A DNA stretch of 64,000 nt from Acidobacteriota bacterium (lineage in GTDB: Bacteria > Acidobacteriota > Thermoanaerobaculia > Multivoradales > UBA5704). Below the pieces are notes generated by a model. It saw only the letters and a list, made by a program, of their open reading frames with translations, was not told the origin of the DNA and did no database searches. Numbering within the stretch: position 1 is the first letter of the stretch; every line of letters starts with the position of its first letter. The stretch covers positions 64,001-128,000 of the forward strand of contig JBDTZG010000005.1 of the NCBI GenBank assembly GCA_040005235.1. The letters are read 5' to 3'. The position numbers and the translations under genes were made by a program. Of this stretch, positions 1-8,885 are shown in pieces.

Positions 1-197
1 AGCCATTCGGTCGAGCCGGCGAGCCGTGCCGCTAGCCGACGGTTGTGGACCTTCCACTTGCCGAAGAGGAAATCGAAGTCGTGGCGGCCGTCTTTCGGGT
101 CGGCGACGGGTGCCATTCGAGTGGGGCCTACCGCATGGGGCGGCGCGCCGGGGATGGAAGAGGAGGCGGCGAAACCCGCGAGGGCGGTCGAGGTCAT
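1..197 (-). CDS. DUF1579-like protein, N-terminal part (runs off window)
   Basis: Manual translation from ATG 197: MTSTALAG...GRHDFDFLFGKWKVHNRRLAARLAGSTEW. GAAGGAG RBS upstream. Not in the ORF track because it is truncated. Confidence 0.7.
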   Translation of the reverse strand, partial: MTSTALAGFAASSSIPGAPPHAVGPTRMAPVADPKDGRHDFDFLFGKWKVHNRRLAARLAGSTEW

Positions 198-268
198 GGG
201 ATTCTCCTTCAGTCTAGACGCTGGCCCTGCCGGGGTGCCGGTCAGCGGGGAAAGACTACGAGCCAATG

Positions 269-285
269 AGGACAAGTTCGGCCCT
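269..285. promoter_or_regulatory. possible operator of the WYL regulator (imperfect inverted repeat AGGAC-N7-GCCCT)
   Basis: Lies between the divergent DUF1579-like and WYL genes; one mismatch between arms. Confidence 0.3.
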
Positions 286-308
286 GATTCCGGAGTAATC
301 TCCGGCCC

Positions 309-1262
309 ATGTATCACCCCACGACCCGCGTGCTCGCGCTGCTTGAGCTGCTCCAGACCCACCGCAGTCTGGGTGGGGCCGAGCTGGCCGAGCGGCTGGG
401 GGTCGATCGGCGTACGGTGCGGCGCTATATCGCGCGCCTTGAAGAGCTGGGAATCCCGATTACCACCGAACGCGGCCAGCACGGCGGCTACGGCCTGGTC
501 GCCGGATTCAAGCTGCCGCCGATGATGTTCACCGAGGACGAGGCGCTCGCGTTGTCCGTGGGCTTGCTCGCTGCGCGCGCGTTAGGGTTGGATGAGGCAT
601 CGCCCGGAGTGACGTCGGCCCAGGCGAAGTTGGAGCGGGTGGCGCCTGAAGAGCTGAAGCGCCGCATTCGCGCCGCGGACGAGACCATCGCGCTCGGCCT
701 GCCGCGAGGAGTGAAAGTAGGGGTGGCCGCCGCCCTTTCGACCTTGAGCGCGGCGGCCCAATCGCAGCGCCGGTTGTTTCTTCGTTATCGCACGGTCAAA
801 GGAGTGGAGAGCGAGCGCGACTTCGACCCTTACGGCCTCGCCTACCAGGGAGGTTGCTGGTACGCCGTGGGTTACTGCCACCTGCGCCAAGGGCAGCGCT
901 CGTTTCGAGTCGACCGGATCGTCTCGGCCCGCCAGCTGGAGGCCACGTTCGTCCGACCGGAAAAATTCGATGCGCTGGCACAGCTCGAAGAAGGGGTCGC
1001 AACACTTCCCCGCGCCCACGCGATCGAGGTGCTCATCCGCGGCGATCTGCCGAAAGTGCGCCGCGCGCTGTTCGCCGCCATTGGTATCCTCGAACCGGTC
1101 GAAGGCGGCGTGCTGCTCTCCGCCCAGGCCGACGATCTCGCCTGGTTCGCCCGCGAACTCTGCCGGTTGCCATTTCCGTTCGAGATCCGGTTCCCCGAGG
1201 CTCTGCGCGACGCGGTCCGGGAGAACGCGGAGCGGTTGATTGCGATGGTCGGGCGCTTGTAG
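309..1262 (+). CDS. YafY-family transcriptional regulator (HTH_11 + WYL + WCX)
   Basis: ELAERLGVDRRTVRRYI HTH, GQHGGYGL, PMMFTEDEALAL, and WYL domain (DPYGL...WYAVGYCHLRQGQRSFRVDRI). Confidence 0.93.
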   Translation: MYHPTTRVLALLELLQTHRSLGGAELAERLGVDRRTVRRYIARLEELGIPITTERGQHGGYGLVAGFKLPPMMFTEDEALALSVGLLAARALGLDEASPGVTSAQAKLERVAPEELKRRIRAADETIALGLPRGVKVGVAAALSTLSAAAQSQRRLFLRYRTVKGVESERDFDPYGLAYQGGCWYAVGYCHLRQGQRSFRVDRIVSARQLEATFVRPEKFDALAQLEEGVATLPRAHAIEVLIRGDLPKVRRALFAAIGILEPVEGGVLLSAQADDLAWFARELCRLPFPFEIRFPEALRDAVRENAERLIAMVGRL

Positions 1263-1276
1263 CCGTTCCCGCTTCT

Positions 1277-1430
1277 GGGCGAACGTTTCCCTCTACGGGG
1301 AAAGCGTTTCCCTGTACAGGGCGAACGATTCCCGCTACAGGGAAAGCGATTCCCTGTGCAGGGCGAACGATTCCCTCTACCGGGAATGCGATTCCCGGTA
1401 GAGGGCGAATGATTCCCGCGGCCGGGAAAG
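1277..1430. repeat. 21-bp tandem repeat, 7 full units plus a partial one, alternating A/B units
   Basis: Units start at 1277, 1298, 1319, 1340, 1361, 1382 and 1403; consensus GGG(CGAACG/AAAGCG)WTTCCC-N6. Confidence 0.9.
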
Positions 1431-1435
1431 ACCGT

Positions 1436-1609
1436 TCAGCTCCGCCGCCTGCGGTTCGGCAGCTCCAGGAAACGGTCCCCGGCGTCCGGCTCGCCGGAGG
1501 CGGTCAGCACCTCGGCGCGCGCGGCATCGCGCAGCGCGACCGCTGCGGCCAGGTCGTTGCCGGAGGGGGAGATCGCCGGCCGGATCGTGACGTAGATCGG
1601 TGTGCGGCG
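1436..1609 (-). pseudogene. diverged duplicate of the last 57 codons plus stop of the ACP-FAAL-acyltransferase gene
   Basis: Reads RRTPIYVTIRPAISPSGNDLAAAVALRDAARAEVLTASGEPDAGDRFLELPNRRRRS*, versus RRTPIHVTIRPAISPTGNDLAAAVALRDAARLEVLAASGEPDAGERFLELPNRKRRG* at 2138-2311. Confidence 0.9.
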
Positions 1610-1738
1610 CCAGTGAGCGTTGATAACAGAAGTTTATTCTTGAACCCGTGGCGACTACGTGAAACTGTGCAGTGTAGGGATTCACAACTAGCTGTCCACA
1701 GCAGTACGTACGTCACTCTGACGGAAAGGGAGTCGTCC

Positions 1739-2080
1739 ATGAAACGGATCGGATTTCTCGTTCTCCTCGTAGCGATGGTGGTTTTCGCGGTTCCTGCCGC
1801 ACAGGCAGCTTGCCCGACACCGGATGCTTTCTTTCAGAAGCTCGGTCAGGGAGCGCCAGCAACCTCGGAGCTGAACCATCAGGCAGTTGAGCCGCTTGAC
1901 CTCTCTGTGAAACCGGGGGAAAAGGGCGGTGGCTCGATGGCGACCCACGAGAGCACCAAAGTCGCTGGTTGCTATTATTACTACTGCTACTTCATAAACG
2001 TCGATGGCTATTGCTGTGAAGACTTCAATACATGCTTGGGTGTGTGTGGTGGAGCCTGTGGAGGAACTTGCGATTACTAG
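1739..2080 (+). CDS. secreted cysteine-rich small protein (113 aa; signal peptide, spacer, 8-Cys C-terminal core)
   Basis: GGAAAGGGAG RBS; MKRIGFLVLLVAMVVFAVPAAQA signal; ends GCYYYYCYFINVDGYCCEDFNTCLGVCGGACGGTCDY; lower GC than flanks. Confidence 0.8.
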   Translation: MKRIGFLVLLVAMVVFAVPAAQAACPTPDAFFQKLGQGAPATSELNHQAVEPLDLSVKPGEKGGGSMATHESTKVAGCYYYYCYFINVDGYCCEDFNTCLGVCGGACGGTCDY

Positions 2081-2137
2081 TTGAGCGAGAGGTTTAGTAG
2101 GGGTGTGGTCCTTATCGAGGTTCTCCGCGGTAAGGTC

Positions 2138-4999
2138 CTAGCCCCGACGTTTCCGATTCGGCAACTCCAGAAACCGCTCCCCGGCGTCGGGTTCGCCCGA
2201 GGCCGCCAGCACTTCCAGCCGGGCCGCATCGCGCAGTGCGACGGCTGCAGCCAGGTCGTTACCCGTCGGGGAGATCGCCGGCCGGATCGTGACGTGGATC
2301 GGCGTGCGGCGCGGCATCCAGCTTCCTCCGCGGAGGAGGGAGCGGGTGCCGCGAACCGCGACCGGTACGACCGGCGCACCGGTCTCCGCGGCGACGTTGA
2401 AGGCGCCGAGGCGGAAGGCGTGGACGCCCGGAGCGCGGTGAAACGTCCCCTCGGGAAAGATCGCGATCGAATGCCCGGCGCGGATGGCCTCGGCGATCTT
2501 TGCGGTTTCCCCCGCCCCTTGGGACGCGTCGAAACGCTCGACGAACACGGTACCGAGCCGGGCGAGCAGCAGGCGGGGAAACCACGACCCGGAAAGCTCC
2601 CGCTTGGCGGCGAAGGCCACGTCCGGCGGCAGGGCCGCGGTGAGCGCGATCGCGTCGAGATACGACTGGTGGTTTACGACGTAGAGGCGCGGACCGGTGG
2701 GCTTGGCGGTCTCGGCTTCGACCTTGATCGGTACCCCTGCGAGACCGAAACCGATACGAGCGGAGAGCCGGGCGATCTTTCTCCGATTTCTTAAACCCGG
2801 AGCGAGCACCACGGCGAGCCAGACCGGGATCGTGATCAGCGCTCCGACGGTCCAGAACCAGCCGGCCCAGAGGGTCTCGCCAAATCTGCTGAGCGCGCGG
2901 AGGGCGCGCCGCCAAACTCCCGAGGCGGCCAGTCGGGCCATCTGAAGGCCGACGCTCCGGGTTCCGGCGAAGTGCCCCGATTCGTAGATCTCCCGCGCGG
3001 AGGAACGGCGGATCTTGCCGCTCGACGTCTTCGGCACGGTCTGCGGCGGGGCGAGCGCCACGTCGTCGGCGGGGGTGCCGAGCAGCTCGATGGCGCGCTT
3101 TTGGATCTCTTCGCGCAGCCTCTCGCGCTCGGCCGGATCGCGCTCGCGAGTTTCGGCAAGGACGATCACCCGCTCGGTGCCGCTTTTCGGATCGGGGCTT
3201 CCGAACACCGCGACGCAGCCCCGGCGCAGGCCGGGGATTTCGCCCACCGCCTGCTCCAACTCGTGCGGATAAAGGTTGCGACCGGCGCGGAAGATGATGT
3301 CCTTGCTCCGGCCGGTCACGTACAGCTCGCCCGCCGCGAGGTAGCCGAGGTCGCCCGAGTCGAGCCATTCCTGGCCCTGCTGGTTCGCGATCAGGCGGGC
3401 GGTCGCCTCGGGGTTCTCGAAATAGCCGGCGGTGGCGGAAGGGCCGCGAAACTGGACCCGGCCCTGGCGCCGTTCGGGCAGCTCGCGCCCCGCTTCGTCG
3501 GCGATCCGCAGCTCGACGGTCGGCAGCGGCAGGCCGCAGCTGGGAAAACGGAGCGCGCCCGGATCGTCCGGCTTCGCGAGTTGCGCCTTGCCTTCGGAGG
3601 AAAACGTCGCCCGGTCGATCTCGTCGATCGCGGGCGGTCGGCCGAGCGGCGGGAAAGTCACCGCGAGCGAGTTCTCGGCCAAACCGTAGACGGGAAACAT
3701 CGTCTCGGGCCGGAAACCGAAGCGCGCGAACCGCTCGGTGAAACGGCGCATCGTTTCGGGGCTGACCGGCTCGGCGCCGTTCAAAGCTGCGCGCCAGGAG
3801 GAGAGATTGAAGCCCTCGATCTTTTCCAGATCCGCGTCGTCGATCTTGCCCAGGCAAAGCTCGTAGGCGAAGTTCGGAGCGGCGGAGAGCGTCGCGCGAT
3901 GGCGGTGGATCAGCTCCAGCCAACGCACGGGACGCGAGAGGAACGTGAGGGGCGACATCAGCGCCAGCGGCATGGCGAAATAGAGGCTGCCCATCCAGGT
4001 CCCTATCAGACCCATGTCATGGTAGAGCGGCAGCCAGCTCACCACCGCGTCGCCCGGGCCGATGGCGGCGGCCTTGCCGATAGCCCGCAGGTTGGCGAGA
4101 AGGTTCGCGTGAGTGAGCATCACGCCCTTGGGCTGCCCGGTGCTGCCGGAGGTGAACTGGAGGAACGCGAGATCTTCGGACCGGACGTCGATCACCGGGG
4201 CAGGCGCGCCGCGGTCCGCTTCGAGATCGGGAACGGAGACCACCTTCAGGCCGTCCACCTGAAGACCGAGCAGGCGCGCGAGAGGCATCACCTCGGAAAA
4301 CGTGATCAAGGCCTTGGCGCGGGCGGTGACGAGAATGCCCGCTTGGCGGCGAAGGTGGTCCTCGATCTGGCTCTTCCGCGCCGGGGGATAAAGAGGAACC
4401 GGCACGGCGCCCACCCGCAGGACGCCCAGGAATGCGGCGAAATAATCGGTGCCCGAAGGGAGCATCAAAGCGACGGCGGACCGCGGTGCCACTCCCAGCC
4501 GGGCCAAGCCCGCGGCAACTGCCCGCGCGCGCCGGTCGAGCCCGGCGTAGGTCAGCTCCTCGGGCTCGGAGTCTCCGGGATAAAACAGAATGTGCCGCCG
4601 CTCCGGGTGGCGCGCGACATGCCAATCGAGCACTTCGAGCAGCGTGCGGGTCGAATCGGGAGCGACCTCGCCCGCGTTAATTGGGATCTCCACCGACGCC
4701 GCGAAATGCGATTCCGCTCCAGGAGCGCCGCCTGCCGCCCGGCCGATCGCGCCGAGCAAATCGCGCGGCGTTTCGACCGAAGTCAGTACTTCTTCCCCGA
4801 GCCTGACGCCGAACGCTTTCTCGCACCGCCGCAGCAGCTCCACCCGGCCCAACGAATCGAGCCCGAGATCGCGCTCCAGGTTCGAATCGAGGGTGACCGC
4901 CGGCTTTCGTCCGCCGGACGACAGCTCGGCCGCGAGGCGGGCGACCTCATCGAGGAGGAGGGTGGGCGGGGTCAGATTCGGATTTAGCTCGGGGGACAC
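2138..4999 (-). CDS. ACP + fatty acyl-AMP ligase + PlsC-type acyltransferase fusion
   Basis: DLGLDSL (Ppant Ser), FLQFTSGSTGQPKG, SWLPLYHDMGLIG, YGLAE, PKTSSGK, NHQSYLD and FPEGT. Start placed at GTG 4999 because the track start overlaps hicB. Confidence 0.88.
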   Translation of the reverse strand: MSPELNPNLTPPTLLLDEVARLAAELSSGGRKPAVTLDSNLERDLGLDSLGRVELLRRCEKAFGVRLGEEVLTSVETPRDLLGAIGRAAGGAPGAESHFAASVEIPINAGEVAPDSTRTLLEVLDWHVARHPERRHILFYPGDSEPEELTYAGLDRRARAVAAGLARLGVAPRSAVALMLPSGTDYFAAFLGVLRVGAVPVPLYPPARKSQIEDHLRRQAGILVTARAKALITFSEVMPLARLLGLQVDGLKVVSVPDLEADRGAPAPVIDVRSEDLAFLQFTSGSTGQPKGVMLTHANLLANLRAIGKAAAIGPGDAVVSWLPLYHDMGLIGTWMGSLYFAMPLALMSPLTFLSRPVRWLELIHRHRATLSAAPNFAYELCLGKIDDADLEKIEGFNLSSWRAALNGAEPVSPETMRRFTERFARFGFRPETMFPVYGLAENSLAVTFPPLGRPPAIDEIDRATFSSEGKAQLAKPDDPGALRFPSCGLPLPTVELRIADEAGRELPERRQGRVQFRGPSATAGYFENPEATARLIANQQGQEWLDSGDLGYLAAGELYVTGRSKDIIFRAGRNLYPHELEQAVGEIPGLRRGCVAVFGSPDPKSGTERVIVLAETRERDPAERERLREEIQKRAIELLGTPADDVALAPPQTVPKTSSGKIRRSSAREIYESGHFAGTRSVGLQMARLAASGVWRRALRALSRFGETLWAGWFWTVGALITIPVWLAVVLAPGLRNRRKIARLSARIGFGLAGVPIKVEAETAKPTGPRLYVVNHQSYLDAIALTAALPPDVAFAAKRELSGSWFPRLLLARLGTVFVERFDASQGAGETAKIAEAIRAGHSIAIFPEGTFHRAPGVHAFRLGAFNVAAETGAPVVPVAVRGTRSLLRGGSWMPRRTPIHVTIRPAISPTGNDLAAAVALRDAARLEVLAASGEPDAGERFLELPNRKRRG

Positions 5000-5031
5000 G
5001 TGACCTTGCTCAGACCCGGGTCCGGACGCCA

Positions 5032-5244
5032 CTAGGCGGCGATCTCGACGTACTCGACCTGACTTGCCGGAGCCGGCACCGGCAGGCCGTCCTCGCGAAG
5101 GCCTTCGAGATGGAACACGATCGCGTCGCGGATCTCCGCTTCCACCTCGGTGAGGGTGGCGCCCGTGGCGATACAACCGGGTAGATCGGGCACGTAGGCC
5201 GAGTAGTTGCCCGGAGCCTTCTCGATCACGATCGCGTAGCGCAT
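5032..5244 (-). CDS. hicB: HicB antitoxin (short form)
   Basis: YAIVIEKAPGNYSAYVPDLPGCIATGAT...AIVFHLEGLREDGLPVP. Confidence 0.92.
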   Translation of the reverse strand: MRYAIVIEKAPGNYSAYVPDLPGCIATGATLTEVEAEIRDAIVFHLEGLREDGLPVPAPASQVEYVEIAA

Positions 5245-5254
5245 TGGAATCTCC

Positions 5255-5440
5255 TCACTTCAGACCCGCTTGCTTGAGGATACTGTTCAAGGTGCCCGGT
5301 GCCAAGTCGTCGCTTGGCTTGCCGGGAACCGTGACCCGGCCCGGTCTGCCCGCGTGTTTGAACTGGCGATGGCTTCCGCGGGTAGCGACGAGATACCAAC
5401 CGTCGGATTGTAGCCTACGGAGAATTTCGCCGACTTTCAC
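5255..5440 (-). CDS. hicA: HicA toxin
   Basis: DGWYLVATRGSHRQFKH...VTVPG...LAPGTLNSILKQAGL; immediately upstream of hicB. Confidence 0.92.
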   Translation of the reverse strand: MKVGEILRRLQSDGWYLVATRGSHRQFKHAGRPGRVTVPGKPSDDLAPGTLNSILKQAGLK

Positions 5441-6219
5441 CCTGAAATAATATCAGGCATCCTTGCAGCACCGGAGCGCGCGGAGAGCCGCATCCGCCGC
5501 AGCTCGGCCAAGCGCTTCCGCCGCTTCCACCCCACCACCAGCCTCGGCACGAAGATCATCGCGGCCAACGCGGCGAGGGCTAGCGCCATCCGGGTGAGGA
5601 CCGCTTGGCGCTCTCCTCCTACGGCGTGGGAGAGCTCGGAGGCGAACCAGGTGTAGAGCACAATCGGTGGGGCTATGCCGATCGCGGTGGAGAGGAGAAA
5701 GGTGGCGGGGCGGACGCCCACGAGCGCCGCGGCGTAGTTCAGCACGGTGAACGGGAAGGGCAGGAACCGGAGGCCGACGAGGCCCCAGAAGCCGCCGCGG
5801 GCGATGCGTTTTTCGAGCCTCTTGAGGCGGTGGCCTCCGAGTTGTTCGATGAAGCCGCGGCCGAGCGAATGGCCGAGCAGGAACGTGATCGAGCCGCCGA
5901 CGAACACGCCGATGAAATTCAGCAGCGATCCCCACCAGGCGCCGAACACGACGCCCCCTGCGAGCATCAGGGGGGAGGCCGGAACGCCGAAGGGCAGGAG
6001 GACGATGCAGGCGCCGACGAAGGCGAACGGTGCCCAAGGCTTGCCGCGCAGGTCGGCGAGCAGCGCCTCAAGCGCCGGGCCGGTCAGATGGTCGCGCAGC
6101 GGGGTGAAGCGGATCGCCGCGAAACCGGCGACCACGATCGCTCCGAGCGCCAGGAACTTGAGTAGGTGCTTCCGGCGGGATTCGCGCGGAGCTGCATCGA
6201 GAGCCGGATCGTTCGACAT
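5437..6219 (-). CDS. TVP38/TMEM64 (DedA/VTT) membrane protein
   Basis: PASPLMLAGGVVFG, LRFLPFPFTVLNYAAAL; several TM segments. Confidence 0.85.
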   Translation of the reverse strand: MSNDPALDAAPRESRRKHLLKFLALGAIVVAGFAAIRFTPLRDHLTGPALEALLADLRGKPWAPFAFVGACIVLLPFGVPASPLMLAGGVVFGAWWGSLLNFIGVFVGGSITFLLGHSLGRGFIEQLGGHRLKRLEKRIARGGFWGLVGLRFLPFPFTVLNYAAALVGVRPATFLLSTAIGIAPPIVLYTWFASELSHAVGGERQAVLTRMALALAALAAMIFVPRLVVGWKRRKRLAELRRMRLSARSGAARMPDIISG

Positions 6220-6247
6220 TCTGTGGGGGAGCCCCGCCCGTCGGGAA

Positions 6248-6538
6248 TCAGCCGACCCGGCCGCTTTCGGTCAGGCCGTCGAGCGCTTCGGGCGCGTCGT
6301 CGGCGCCCTCCCAAAGAAAGAAGCGGCGCATCTGCTTTTCGAGCGTCTCCTGCGACTTGGGGTCCATGAAGTTCAGGCGCAGCTCGTTGATCACCATGAC
6401 CTCCATGTTCTGCCAGGCGGTCCAGCAATCGGCGCAGACGCGCTGCTGGATTTCCTTGCCCATCGGGCCGGGCAGGGGGGCGCGAGGGAGGGCCGGGGCG
6501 TCGGGGAGGCCGCAGCGCGAGCAGGTAACGGTCGTCAT
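6248..6538 (-). CDS. yggX: Fe(II)-trafficking / oxidative damage protection protein
   Basis: PLPGPMGKEI..VCADCWTAW...MVINELRLN...MRRFF. Confidence 0.85.
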   Translation of the reverse strand: MTTVTCSRCGLPDAPALPRAPLPGPMGKEIQQRVCADCWTAWQNMEVMVINELRLNFMDPKSQETLEKQMRRFFLWEGADDAPEALDGLTESGRVG

Positions 6539-6551
6539 CTCGGGTTCCTCT

Positions 6552-7505
6552 TTAGCTCTTGGCGCTCTGTCGGTCGAGGGCCTGGCGGAAATAGGCGATC
6601 GTCCGTTCGAGGCCTGGATCGAGATCCACTTTGGGCTCCCAGCCGAGGAGAGTGCGGGCGAGCGTGATGTCCGGCTGGCGGGTCTTCGGATCGTCTTCCG
6701 GCAGCGGCTCGAAGACGATCGGGGAGTCCGAGCCGGTGAGCGCTTTGATCCGTTCGGCGAATTGCAAAATCGTCATCTCGTGCGGGTTGCCGATGTTGAC
6801 GGGGGTTTTCGCGTCCGACTGGAGCAGCCGGTAGATGCCGTCGATCAGGTCTTCGACGAAGCAGAACGACCGCGTCTGGCCGCCGTCGCCGTAGACCGTG
6901 AGCGGCTTGCCCAAGAGCGCCTGCGACATGAAGTTCGGCACCACCCGGCCGTCGCGCAACCGCATGCGCGGGCCGTAGGTGTTGAAGATCCGGACGATCC
7001 GGACCTCCAGCCCATGGACCCGGTGGTAGGCCATGGCCATCGCCTCGGCGAAGCGCTTGGCTTCGTCGTAGACGCCTCTAGGTCCGATCGGATTGACGTT
7101 GCCCCAATAGGTCTCGGGCTGGGGGTGGATCAGCGGATCGCCGTAGACTTCGGAGGTCGAGGCGAGCAGGAATCGCGCGCTTTTCGCCTTGGCTAGACCC
7201 AGCGCGTTGTGGGTTCCGAGAGAGCCCACCTTGAGCGTCTGGATCGGCAGCTCCAGGTAATCGATCGGGCTCGCGGGCGAGGCGAAATGGAGCACGTAAT
7301 CGACTTCGCCGTCGATCTCGAACGGTCGCGTCACGTCGTGCTCGACGAACGAGAACGCCGGATGGTCCACCAGATGCGCGAGGTTGTCGCGGCTGCCGGT
7401 GAGCAGGTTGTCGACCGCCGTGACGCGGTGCCCCTCGGCGAGCAGGCGCTCGCAAAGATGGGAGCCGAGGAAGCCGGCGCCTCCGGTGACGACCGCTCGC
7501 TTCAT
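6552..7505 (-). CDS. UDP-glucuronate decarboxylase (UDP-xylose synthase type, extended SDR)
   Basis: [55 protein letters not shown]. Confidence 0.9.
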   Translation of the reverse strand: MKRAVVTGGAGFLGSHLCERLLAEGHRVTAVDNLLTGSRDNLAHLVDHPAFSFVEHDVTRPFEIDGEVDYVLHFASPASPIDYLELPIQTLKVGSLGTHNALGLAKAKSARFLLASTSEVYGDPLIHPQPETYWGNVNPIGPRGVYDEAKRFAEAMAMAYHRVHGLEVRIVRIFNTYGPRMRLRDGRVVPNFMSQALLGKPLTVYGDGGQTRSFCFVEDLIDGIYRLLQSDAKTPVNIGNPHEMTILQFAERIKALTGSDSPIVFEPLPEDDPKTRQPDITLARTLLGWEPKVDLDPGLERTIAYFRQALDRQSAKS

Positions 7506-8842
7506 GCTTTCTCTCCCGCCGGACGCAAGGTCGCCCGGCCGTCGGGCCGGCCGATCGAAATGTAGTCGAACCCGGCTTCGGCCATCTTGTCCGGCTCATA
7601 GAGGTTGCGTAGGTCGATGATCAACGGCGTCTTCACCAGGCCGCGCAGCCGCTCCAGCTCCAGCTTGCGGAACGGATTCCACTCGGTAAGGATGATCACC
7701 GCATCGGCGCCGGTCGCCGCCTCGTAGGCGTTGTCGCAGAACGTCGCCTCGGGGAGGATCGGCCGGCAGCCGTCCATCGCCGCGGGATCGAACGTCCGGA
7801 TGTGTGCCCCTTGATCGATCAATGCGCGGACGACGGGTAAGGCGGGCGACTCGCGAATGTCGTCGGTGTTCGGCTTGAACGCGAGGCCGAGCACCGCGAG
7901 GGTCTTGCCCGCAATCGTTCCCAGCTCGTGGGTGATCTTCTCGACCATTCTTCCTTGAGTCTCGACGTTCACCGCGAGGACGGCCTCGATGATCCGGAAC
8001 TCGCGGCCGTGATCGCGGGCGATCTGCGCCACGGCGCGGGTATCTTTGGGGAAGCAGGAGCCGCCGAAGCCGGGGCCGGCGTGGAGGAATTTCGGGCCGA
8101 TCCGGTTATCGAGGCCCATGCCCCGGGCGACCACCTCGACGTTGGCTCCGAGCGCCTCGCAGAGCACCGCGATCTCGTTGATGAACGAGATCTTGGTCGC
8201 CAAGAAACCGTTGCTCGCGTACTTGATCAGCTCGGCGCTCTCGACGTCGGTGATCACGAACGGCACGTCGGCCGCGTGGAGCGGCGAGTAGACGTCGAGC
8301 ATCATCTCGATCGCCCGCGGATCGCGGGTGCCGATCACCACGCGGTCGGGCTGCATGAAGTCTTCGATCGCCGAGCCTTCGCGCAGGAATTCGGGGTTGC
8401 TCACCACGGCGAACGGATGGCGCTCGCCGGAGCCGGTGCGGACGATCTCCTCGATCATCTTGCCGGTGCCGATCGGAACCGTGCTCTTGGTGACCACGAC
8501 CTTGTAGCCGTTCAAGTGTTGGCCGATCGAGGTGGCGACCTCGCGGATGAACGTCAGATCGGCCGACCCGTCGGGCAGCGGCGGCGTGCCGACCGCGATG
8601 AAGATCACCTGCGCGGCTTGGATCGCCGGGGCGAGATCGGTCGTAAAGCGGAGGCGCCCTTCCGCCATGTTCTTCTGCACGATGGTTTCAAGACCCGGTT
8701 CGTAGATCGGCACTCTGCCGCCGGTGAGCATCGTGACTTTTGCGGCGTCCTTGTCGACGCCCACTACGTTCATGCCGAAATCGGCCAGGCACGCTCCGGT
8801 GACCAGGCCGACATAGCCGCTACCCACGACACAGACGTTCAT
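7502..8842 (-). CDS. ugd: UDP-glucose 6-dehydrogenase
   Basis: [49 protein letters not shown]. Confidence 0.93.
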   Translation of the reverse strand: MNVCVVGSGYVGLVTGACLADFGMNVVGVDKDAAKVTMLTGGRVPIYEPGLETIVQKNMAEGRLRFTTDLAPAIQAAQVIFIAVGTPPLPDGSADLTFIREVATSIGQHLNGYKVVVTKSTVPIGTGKMIEEIVRTGSGERHPFAVVSNPEFLREGSAIEDFMQPDRVVIGTRDPRAIEMMLDVYSPLHAADVPFVITDVESAELIKYASNGFLATKISFINEIAVLCEALGANVEVVARGMGLDNRIGPKFLHAGPGFGGSCFPKDTRAVAQIARDHGREFRIIEAVLAVNVETQGRMVEKITHELGTIAGKTLAVLGLAFKPNTDDIRESPALPVVRALIDQGAHIRTFDPAAMDGCRPILPEATFCDNAYEAATGADAVIILTEWNPFRKLELERLRGLVKTPLIIDLRNLYEPDKMAEAGFDYISIGRPDGRATLRPAGEKA

Positions 8843-8885
8843 CGTTTAGAAGCTCGCTCGGAAGAGGTGAAAACTGGGATCGAGG

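Noticed and set aside
854-2080. 408-aa track ORF
   Set aside because: Chance read-through across the WYL gene (other frame), the 21-bp array and the antisense gene remnant. Only 1739-2080 has an RBS and a coherent protein.
2972-4987. Long antisense or alternate-frame ORFs (also 14997-16646, 37909-39369, 51336-53201, 55307-56743 and others)
   Set aside because: Typical shadow ORFs of high-GC coding DNA, with no recognisable motifs.
5000-5176. Extended N-terminus of the FAAL fusion
   Set aside because: Overlaps hicB in another frame; low-complexity Arg-rich sequence.
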